Shown piece by piece: positions 24,669-33,554 of a DNA stretch of 33,554 bases. This DNA is from Octopus sinensis (Eukaryota), in NCBI RefSeq assembly GCF_006345805.1, contig NW_021832040.1, positions 1 to 33,554 of the forward strand. The letters run 5' to 3'. The notes below the pieces were generated by a model. The model ran no database searches. It saw nothing but the letters and a program-made list of their open reading frames with translations, and was not told the DNA's origin. Position numbers and translations under genes: made by a program. The stretch's first letter is position 1, and each line of letters starts with the position of its first letter.

Positions 24669-24896
24669 TTCTTTACTACCCACAAGGGGCTAAACACAGA
24701 GGGGACAAACAAGGACAGACAAAGGGATTAAATCGATTACATTGACCCCAGTGCATAACTGGTACTTAATTTATCGACCCCGAAAGGATGAAAGGCAAAG
24801 TCGACCTCGGCGGAATTTGAACTCGGAACGTAGCGACAGACGAAATACGGCTACGCATTTCGCCCGGCGTGCTAACGTTTCTGCCAGCTCGCCGCC
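24667..24896 (-). mobile_element. Full-length monomeric SINE-B
   Basis: A and B boxes and the central CCTTTCATCCTTTCGGGGTCGATAAA motif on the minus strand. Confidence 0.9.
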
Positions 24897-24915
24897 TTTA
24901 TATAGATAGATAGGT

Positions 24916-25297
24916 GGAGGCGCAATGGCCCAGTGGTTAGGGCAGCGGACTCGCGGTCCTAGGATCGTGGTTTCGATTCCCAGACCGGGCGTTGTGAGTG
25001 TTTATTGAGCGAAAACACCTGAAGCTCCACGAGGCTCCAGCAGGGGATGGCGGTGATCCCTGCTGTACTCTTTCACCACAACTTTCTCTCACTCTTACTT
25101 CCTGTTTCTGTTGTACCTGTATTTCAAAGGGCCGGCCTTGTCACTCTCTGTGTCACGCTGAATATCCCCGAGAACTACGTTAAGGGTACACGTGTCTGTG
25201 GAGTGCTCAGCCACTTACACGTTAATTTCACGAGCAGGCTGTTCCGTTGATTCGGATCAACCGGAACCCTCATCGTCGTAACCGACGGAGTGCTTCC

Positions 25298-25298
<1 letters not shown>
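24916..25298 (+). mobile_element. Full-length tRNA-derived SINE-C
   Basis: A-box TGGCCCAGTGG, B-box-like GGTTTCGATTCC; head homologous to 21767-21900. Confidence 0.88.
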
Positions 25299-25370
<72 letters not shown>

Positions 25371-25639
25371 TACCTTACGTTATACTATTTGATATAAAAG
25401 GGAATTTAAAGCGCTTCTATTTTCCCTTAAGCTGAGGTGTATAATTTTTCTCTTTACCTTCACCTGGATTGTCTCCTGTGACAAAGAAATGCTATTGGGT
25501 TTCACAAAATTCTTCTTTGTATGTATGATGGGTCCAAGCAATTTGTCTGTTTATTTAGCATTGTAGGCGGGTTTGTCTTCAGACAGCTGCGACGTGGGTT
25601 GGCGGAAGGAAGTATTTGGAAATGTGTGATTATCTTTAG

Positions 25640-25775
25640 TCGTTTATCTTTTACTTGTTTTCACTCAATGAACTGTGGTCATGCTGGAGCACTGCCATCG
25701 AAGATTTTAGCCGAACAAATCGACCCGAGTCGAGTACTTTGTTTTTAAAAGTCTAGTACTTTTGCCGAACCGCTG
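25640..25775 (-). mobile_element. Degenerate SINE-A 3' module
   Basis: Similar to 5000-5135. Confidence 0.7.
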
Positions 25776-26331
25776 TGTACGTACGTACATACAAACATAC
25801 ATACATACATACATACATACATACATACATACATACATACATACACACACACATACATACATACATACATACATACATACATACATACATTCATACATCT
25901 ATACATACACATACATACACACATAGATACATACATACATGCATGCATACATACATACAAACATACATATATACATACATATATACATACATACATACAA
26001 ACATACATACATATATACATACATACATACATATATACATACATACATACATACATATATATACATACATACATACATACATACATACATACATACATAC
26101 ATACATACATACATACATACATACATACATACATACAAACATACATACATACATATATACATACATACATACATACATATATACATACATACATACATAC
26201 ATACATACATACATCTATACATACATACATACATACATACATACATACATACATACATACACATACATACACACATAGATACATACATACATGCATACAT
26301 ACATACATACATATATACATACATACATACA

Positions 26332-26365
<34 letters not shown>

Positions 26366-26406
26366 CATATATACATACATACATATATACATACATACAT
26401 ACATAC
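25776..26406. repeat. (TACA)n array
   Basis: Directly visible. Confidence 0.95.
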
Positions 26407-26482
26407 AGTCATTGTATTAGTGTTTGTCTTTCCGCCGCTTGACAAATTACATTGGTTTGTTTACGTCCCCGTATGTATGCAT

Positions 26483-26552
<70 letters not shown>

Positions 26553-26554
<2 letters not shown>

Positions 26555-27330
26555 GACCTGCTTTCATACTCTTTCTTTCTACCAAATTTACTCACAAGGC
26601 TTTAAGCGGCCAGAGGCTATAATATATTTCTTTACTACCCACAAGGGGCTAAACATAGAGAGGACAAACAAGGAGAGACAAACGGATTAAGTCGATTATA
26701 TCGACCCCAGGACGTAACTGGTACTTAATTTATCGACCACGAAAGGATAAAAGGCAAAGCCGACCATCTTCGGAATTTGAACTCAGAACGTAACGGCAGA
26801 CGAAATACCTATTTCTTTACTACCCACAAGGGGCTAAACATAGAGAGGACAAACAAGGACAGACAAACGGATTAAATCGATTATATCGACCCCAGGATGT
26901 AACTAGTACTTAATTTATCGACCACGAAAGGATGAAAGGCAAAGTCGACCTCGGCGGAATTTGAACTCAGAACGTAAAGACAGACGAAATACCTATTTCT
27001 TTACTACCCACAAGGGGCTAAACATAGAGAGGACAAACAAGGACAGACAAACGGATTAAGTCGATTATATCTACCCCAGGACGTAACTGGTACTTAATTT
27101 ATCGACCCCGAAAGGATGAAAGGCAAAGCCGACCTCGGCAGAATTTGAACTCAGAACGTAACGGCAGACGAAACAACGCTAAGCATTTCGCCCGGCGTGC
27201 TAACGTTTCTGCCAGCTCGCCGCCAGAGGCTATATAGAAGGACACTTACCCACGGTACCACACAGGGATCCGAACCCGAAACCAGATAGTTACAAAGCGA
27301 GCCTCTTAACCACACAGCCAGGACTGCACC
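26553..27330 (-). mobile_element. Old SINE-A head split by the SINE-B trimer
   Basis: 26553-26621 and 27225-27330 are consecutive parts of the SINE-A head. Confidence 0.75.
26622..27224 (-). mobile_element. SINE-B trimer (one A-box head plus three ~184-bp units)
   Basis: Unit boundaries at ~26625, 26810 and 26994; TSD AGAGGCTATA at 26612-26621 and 27225-27234. Confidence 0.9.
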
Positions 27331-27808
27331 AACTGTTGCCACAGTCGTATTTATAATTGTCGCTATCTCTCAAATTACTTATTTGACAGTTTGGGACGTC
27401 TTCTATAAAATGTCCACTTCGGCGTCCATTTTCTCCCTTCTCTTGTACATTTTATCTGTGTGCTTTGATCACCCGTTGTTTGCTTAACCATTGTGATGTT
27501 TTTGTCAAGTGGCATAATTGAGTAGGCCTTTCTGGATATAGAAATGTGATATGTGTAAATGAAATTATAACTGGGGAAACAAACTACTTCTTCTGTCATC
27601 TGCTGACCCACCCGACCCCGGATACCGAGGCTAGCCTTTCCCTTTGGCAATTAATTGTAGAATGATTTTACAGGTATTCCAAGGAAAACTTCACTAGATA
27701 ATACTTGAAATAATCGTGTTTCGAAGAAAAACAAAAATCAAAGTGGTGTTTTTGCATACTCTACGGGAATCAAATAACAACAACAACAACAACAATAATA
27801 ATAATAAT

Positions 27809-27878
<70 letters not shown>

Positions 27879-27975
27879 TGCCTTTATGTAGTACCGCACA
27901 GTGGCTCTCATGGCTTCGTATATTTTAGCCCAGTGTCACTTTGATGGCATGTACAACTTTCACTCAATCATAAAC

Positions 27976-28024
<49 letters not shown>

Positions 28025-28142
28025 AGAAAGAGTAGGAGGAGGAGAAGAGGAGGAAGAAGAGGAAGGAGAAGGAGGAGGAGAAGAAGAAGAAGAAAAAGAA
28101 GACGAAGAAGAAGAAGAGGAAGAAGACTAGTAACAATAATAA

Positions 28143-28585
28143 TCTTGGTATAAAAAGATGGTCTACAGTAAATATTCTGCTCAATATCACAGATTTGCTT
28201 GTCACTCGCTTGACTTTAACTAGTTGACCATGTCCCTTAGTAGCTGACGATATGTGGGGGAGCATGATGGCCATCTGTCGACAGGAATTCTTTGGGGTTT
28301 GAATAAACCCCCCTCTGGAAACGTGGGTGTTTCGTTCATCATCCTTAAAACAAACCTTATTCAGGGACCTTTTGTGCAGGATAGGCTACTCGACGTGAAG
28401 AAAATTTCTAACTGGCCCTACCTGCAAAGTCATGCACTGTTTATCTTGAGATGAGATCACCATGTCGCGCACATATGGTTGTCATGCATGTGCCTGGTGG
28501 ACCTTTATCACGCGGGTATCACGCTTCGTATATCTGTATCCTAGTGTCACTTTGATGGCATGACCTGCCCTCTCACTAAGCAATA
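28143..28585 (+). mobile_element. Non-coding (TAA)n-associated repeat; internally deleted copies at 27877-27970 (+) and 28750-28862 (-)
   Basis: Pairwise shared segments CTTGGTATAAAA, ATGTAGTACC, GCTTCGTATAT...AGTGTCACTTTGATGGCATG and a TCACT(C/A)A end before AAT repeats. Confidence 0.65.
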
Positions 28586-28609
28586 ATAATAATAATCACA
28601 ATCATCATA

Positions 28610-28671
<62 letters not shown>

Positions 28672-28878
28672 CATCATCATCATCCTCCTCCTCCTCCTCC
28701 TCTCATTATTATTATTATTATTACTAATATTATCATCATTATTATTATTATTGAGTGAGCGGCCTATCTTTTATACCAAGGTAAATATGTACATGATAAC
28801 TCTTCTTCTATCAGTTAAGGTCAGAAGCTATGCAAGTCAGTGTCTGGTACTACATCAGAGCATATAATAATAATAATG

Positions 28879-28923
<45 letters not shown>

Positions 28924-28977
28924 TAATAATAATAATAATATAATAATAATATAATAATATATAATAATAATATAATA

Positions 28978-29255
28978 GAGGTAACTAGAATGTGGATCTA
29001 AAAACAGAAATAAATCCTATCATAGTAGTTTATTAGGCATGATAAAAAAATATTCAGACAAATACATAACAAACACCAGGACTTACAACACATATAACAT
29101 ACAGAAAGTTGCACTACTAGGCACTGCACACATCCTACGCAGAACACTTTCAATACAGTAACCATCAGAGCATCACAACAAATCACAGCATATACCCAAG
29201 GCACACAGAGCTGCGCTCGGTAGTGAAGTGAAAGCACGCTATAAAAATAAAACTA

Positions 29256-29260
<5 letters not shown>
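28978..29260 (+). mobile_element. R4/Dong-clade non-LTR retrotransposon 3' end
   Basis: EVTRMW..KTE..PIIV..LGMIKKYSDKYI..PGL..YNIQKVALLGTAHILRRTLSIQ* (stop at 29159-29161), short 3' UTR, flanked by (TAA)n, the known Dong target. Confidence 0.9.
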
Positions 29261-29331
<71 letters not shown>

Positions 29332-29334
29332 TAG

Positions 29335-29736
29335 AAGTACAAGAAGGACATGAAGAAGAATTACGCAGAAGTACAAAAAGAACATAAAGAACAGAAAAAT
29401 AGGTGGGATTGGCTGATGAAAGGAACCCTAAAAAAAGAAACCGAGAGCATTATACTGGCAACATAGGACCAAGCTTTGGCCACTAACTGGAGAGTCAACC
29501 TTAGAAATGAGCAAGTGACTCCGCTGTGCTGCATCTGTAATAGAGTAGGTGAAACCATTGCCCATATCCTGAACGAATGCCTTAGACTTGCTCAAAACCA
29601 CTATAAATTGTGGCGACACAAGCAGGTAGCGAAAGTGCTACTTTGGAAACTGTACGAAAAGTTGGGGCTAGAGAGAGGCAAGACTTGGTATGAGCACAAA
29701 CCGCAGAGACTGATGGTATCGGAGACTAGCAAAATC
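29335..29736 (+). mobile_element. R4/Dong-clade fragment, CCHC zinc-knuckle region
   Basis: WDWLMKGTLKKETESIILAT*DQAL...CCICNRVGETIAHILNECLRLAQNHYKLWRHKQVAKVLLWKL...WYEHKP. Confidence 0.92.
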
Positions 29737-30025
29737 AAATGTGTTGCAGAATCTGCATTTAGGATCAGAACTCTTTTGAAGAACGTTAACATGGTAGAAT
29801 TTTGTAAGCGAGCTTTGATCTTGTGCCGCCAATATGAAACCTTCACTCTCTGTTTTCAGTCCTGAACTTCTCAGCCACTGATGGGTTGTTGCTTGATCTG
29901 CATCAGTATTTCGACTTCAATGAATATGAATATATACTGTCCATGCAGAGGCTTTTGGATCCACCGCTCCTCAATTTGTTTCTGCCCGATCCGTTTTGTT
30001 TGTTTTGTGTGACAGTGGTTTCAGG
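29737..30025 (-). mobile_element. Second R4/Dong-clade fragment, opposite orientation
   Basis: ERWIQKPLHGQY...ADQATTHQWLRSSGLKTESEGFILAAQDQSSLTKFYHVNVLQKSSDPKCRFC. Confidence 0.9.
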
Positions 30026-30026
30026 T

Positions 30027-30086
<60 letters not shown>

Positions 30087-30166
30087 CACCACCACCACCA
30101 CCACCACCACCAACCACCACCACCACTATTATTATTATTATTATTATATTATTATTATTATTATTA

Positions 30167-30201
<35 letters not shown>

Positions 30202-30213
30202 TATTATTATTTA

Positions 30214-30420
30214 GGCGGAGAGCTGGCAGATTCGTTTGCACACGAGGCAAAATGCATAATAACATTTCGTCGGGTTTAACGTTCTGACTTCAAATTCCGT
30301 CGGAGTCAACTTTGCTTTTCATCTTTTCAAGGCCGATGAATTAAGGGCCACTTCAGCACTGGAGTCGATGTAATCGGCTTACCCTCTCCGCACAAATATC
30401 AGACCAGGTGCCTATAGGAG
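30214..30420 (+). mobile_element. Diverged SINE-B
   Basis: GGCGGAGAGCTGGCAGA head; similar to the reverse complement of 24667-24896 over the 5' part. Confidence 0.8.
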
Positions 30421-30489
30421 AAAAGGTTATTACTTGGAAGGTGAGTAGCTGAAAAAGAATTGAGCAACGGATTGGTTGCCTTATGTACA

Positions 30490-30592
30490 TACGAACCACA
30501 TGGTTCCGGATTCAGTCCCACTGAGTGGCACCTCGGGCCGCCCAAAGCCTTGTGAGTGGATTTGGTAGACGGAAACTGAAAGAAGCCCGTCG
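30490..30592 (+). mobile_element. SINE-A head fragment
   Basis: Matches 7445-7572 with an internal deletion. Confidence 0.8.
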
Positions 30593-30610
30593 TATATGTA
30601 TGTATATATA

Positions 30611-30725
30611 GCCGAAATTGCGAGGATAATCCGGTTCTTCACTGAAGATTGAAGGCTTCGAATGTCCCATCCGTGTTTTTTGTATCGTCTTCTAAATGTT
30701 TTGCGTTCTTGTCCCAGTTTGTATT
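30611..30725 (+). mobile_element. Fragment of the 1666-2017 family
   Basis: Near-identical to 1896-2008. Confidence 0.8.
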
Positions 30726-30789
30726 CCGGTGTGTTAACGATTCTGCCACACACACACACACACACACATATATATACATAATATATATA

Positions 30790-30952
30790 CAACAGACTTC
30801 TATCAGTTTCCGTGAACCAAAATCCACCTACAAGCTTTTGGTCGGCCCAATGCCATAGCAGAAGGCTTTTGTACAAGGTGTCACGCAGTGAGACTGAATA
30901 CGGACCCATGTGGATGGGAAACAAATTCTTACCATACAACCACGCCTGTACC
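30790..30952 (-). mobile_element. Degenerate SINE-A head
   Basis: Similar to the reverse complement of 7410-7572. Confidence 0.7.
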
Positions 30953-31444
30953 TATATAACAACATATATAAATATAGAATTTAGAAAAATAAACAGAATC
31001 CTTTATAGGAGGGCAAAAAAGCGCCCTTACTAAAATCCCGGATTACTCTGCCGTCTTCAAGGGTTTGGAAACTGCCACCTTTTCCGGTTTCCTTCTTTTT
31101 TCTTTTTCTTCTGTTTAGGGAAGCATACTCAAAGTAGGCCCGTTCTTCCTTGCCAAGAGTTGCCTTCTCATCTGTCTTTCGATAAATATACTAGAAGGTA
31201 CCATTTCTTTCTCGCTTTCTCTCGCACTCTCTCCCTCTCTCCCTCCCTCTCTCTTTGTCTTTGTCTGTTTGTCTGACAGCTTGTCAGTTTGTCTGTCCTT
31301 CTTTCCCTCTCTCTCCCCTCATCTCCCCCCTCATCTCCCCCCTCTCTCTCAGCCCTCACCTTCAACTTCAAAATGATACTTGAAGAAATTGATGAAAGCT
31401 TGGCCAAATAGGAAATAATAATCAAAGAACGTTAATAAAAAGTA

Positions 31445-31626
31445 TTATGATGGATGATGAGATGATGATAATAATAATAATATAATAATAAATATAATAT
31501 AGTAATAATAATAACACACAACAACAACAATAAAATAATAATAATAATATAATAATAATAAATGATGATAATAATATAATAATAATAATAATAGTAATGC
31601 TACAACTACTACTAATAATAATAATG

Positions 31627-31672
<46 letters not shown>

Positions 31673-31865
31673 TAATAATAATAATAATAATAATAATATA
31701 ATAATGATATAAATAATAATAATATAATAATAATAATGATGATAATAATAATAATAATAATAATATAATGATAATAATAATAAATAATAATCATAATAAT
31801 AATATAATAATGATAATAATAATATAATGATAATAATAATACAAGAACAAGAACAACAACAATAT
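31445..31865. repeat. Degenerate (AAT)n array
   Basis: Directly visible. Confidence 0.92.
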
Positions 31866-32222
31866 TGTAAATAATAACAGTAGCAATAAACGGTAAAAAA
31901 AAAATACGAAACCAGCATGAGTAATAAATTTCCAGATGTGTGTGATACGACTTCAATAAGCCGAAGGAATGAGAGAGAATTGGGTGAAGTGAGGTGATGG
32001 CGAGGTGGGGTGGGGTGGGGTGGGATGGGGGTCGTCAAAGAAAAGCTGTGAAATATACTGTGTGGGTGGGAGGGGGTGAGTAAGAAGCTGTTGATAGGTT
32101 CCTTGGATTCTTGAATTTGGTAAAAGAAAAAAAATGGCTGCTAAAAATCTGTGATGGAACTATTGGACTAATTGAGCTGTAGACTAACAACTCAATGTCA
32201 TTCATATGTATATATATATATG

Positions 32223-32612
32223 CTAGCAGTATCGACCGGCGTTGCTCGGGTTTGTTTCGACCCTTTAGAATTGGAATTTTTGAAAAGTAAAAATTTTGCA
32301 TTATGTAGTTTGTTATTCTCTTTAAGTGAACATTTTTCTGGTTGAAATACACCGAAAATTGGTGACACAGTAGTAAAAAAATCGTAAAAAGTAGGGATTT
32401 TCATAGAAAAAAAGCACCTTTTTTATGTAAATAGTTTTTGGTGTTAACATGGTCGATTTGAATTTTTTTCTTCAAGGGAAGAAAGAGCAAGCCGTCTTCT
32501 ATCATACTCTCAATTTTGGTCACCTTGCGCCGCAGGGTCTCGGAGGAGATAGTGTTAGTTGAAGGCTACCAAACCTGCCATACACAGACAACTTCAGCTT
32601 TATATATAGAGA
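32223..32612 (-). mobile_element. Non-autonomous Helitron (~390 bp)
   Basis: The minus strand starts A|TCTCTATATATAAAGC and ends CCCGAGCAACGCCGG (hairpin)-TCGATACTG-CTAG; no TSD. Confidence 0.85.
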
Positions 32613-32614
32613 TT

Positions 32615-32792
32615 CTTTCATTTGTTTCAGTCATTTGACTGCGGCCATGCTGAAGCACCGCCTTTAGTGGAAACAAATCGATCCCAGGACTTCTTTGTAA
32701 GCCTAGTACTTATTCTATCGGTTTCTTTTGTCGAACCGCTTTGTAACGGGGAACGTGAACACACCAACATCGGTTGTCAAGCGATGGAAGGG

Positions 32793-32795
<3 letters not shown>
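32615..32795 (-). mobile_element. SINE-A 3' module
   Basis: Matches 5010-5190. Confidence 0.85.
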
Positions 32796-32832
<37 letters not shown>

Positions 32833-32889
32833 ATATGTCTTATTCTCCAATCTCTTTTGCTTTCCTTCCTCACTTACCTCCTTTGTACT

Positions 32890-32920
<31 letters not shown>

Positions 32921-32999
32921 TCTCCTCCTCTTCATCTTTGGTTCCCTCTTATTTCTGTCCCCCCTCTCTCCTACTCCTTAGTCCCTCTGCCCTCTTCAA

Positions 33000-33554
33000 A
33001 TCCTCCCCTCCCCTACAACGTGATCGCTGTCCGGTTTAGGCATTGTCGTCCTTTTTCGGCCGGCCGCCATTGAGGTCAGTCGCGTTTGTTCTCTTCCGTC
33101 CAGCCGCCCGGTCAATTAAGATTTTTTTTCCTATTTTCCTCACGCTAGCTTACTACACTCGTCTAATGCCGGAAAGAAACCATTTGTTTTGTTTTGTTTT
33201 ATTTTTGTTGTAATTGTATAATTATTTTCCTTTTGGTTTGTCCTTTGAATATGTATAATTCTATTTCATATGTTACGTTCGTCTATTGTTTGTTTATTTG
33301 TTTTCGTATATATACAGTCGTTTGCCTTGCCCAGGGGCTTAGTGCTTTTAGCTTTAGTCCTTGGCCCAGCCAGTTTCGAGTAGTATCGGAAATAAATGGT
33401 CGAAACTCGTGGACATTTCGGATTTAGACCGAAGAGCCAATTGGCTGCGAAGGATCCGTGTCTCTTGGTTTATCCTGTTTGCCATTGTTGTGCTTTCGCC
33501 CCTTTTCCTACATGTTGTGTTTTGACGGTTTCCTTTTGTGTGCTTTTTATGTTT
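33000..33554 (+). mobile_element. T-rich repeat, diverged relative of the 1666-2017 pLTR-like family
   Basis: CCAGGGGCTTAGTGCTTTTAGCTTTAGTCCTTGG resembles CCAAGAAATCTAATGCTCGTAGCTTAGCTTTTCCTTGG, followed by the analogous CGG-N7-C(C/T)GAAGA..CGAA motif; left boundary uncertain. Confidence 0.5.

Larger units (their letters stand above)
24109..25372. repeat. (GATA)n array broken into four blocks by three SINE insertions
   Basis: Blocks at 24109-24288, 24589-24666, ~24900-24913 and 25299-25372. Confidence 0.9.
27773..30210. repeat. Trinucleotide repeat field ((TAA)n, (TAG)n, (GAA)n, (TAC)n, (CAC)n) hosting several insertions
   Basis: Directly visible. Confidence 0.9.

Noticed and set aside
24916-24990. 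tRNA genes (also at 4358, 7410, 21767, 22269)
   Set aside because: A/B boxes are present but continue into dispersed SINE bodies with tails or TSDs, and the cloverleafs are imperfect
29886-30287. Poly-Tyr/His/Pro protein ORF
   Set aside because: Trinucleotide repeats adjoining an antisense R4 fragment and a SINE

Overview
Eukaryotic (animal) non-coding DNA, extremely rich in microsatellites and transposon debris. The tRNA-derived SINEs, R4/Dong, RTE and Penelope-like remnants suggest a cephalopod such as Octopus; this is an inference, not a database match. No intact host protein-coding exon is recognisable, and nearly all listed ORFs are microsatellite or SINE artefacts. Recognisable content: a mariner 5' remnant, four SINE types (my labels A-D), an RTE 3' end split by a SINE, a decayed Penelope-like element (PLE), a Tx1/L1-type 3' end, three R4/Dong fragments in a (TAA)n field, a non-autonomous Helitron and a 2.5 kb 38-bp satellite with an AP-1 site in nearly every unit. 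The most notable item is a TSD-flanked ~455 bp non-coding insertion (16047-16500) inside the PLE endonuclease remnant. It carries a well-formed type I hammerhead ribozyme and reconstructs as a partly inverted ~1.3-mer of a ~354-nt circularly permuted unit, as expected of a retrozyme or PLE pLTR. Several further ribozyme-like motifs occur in related short elements. Coordinates were counted by eye; the edges of degenerate repeats are approximate.
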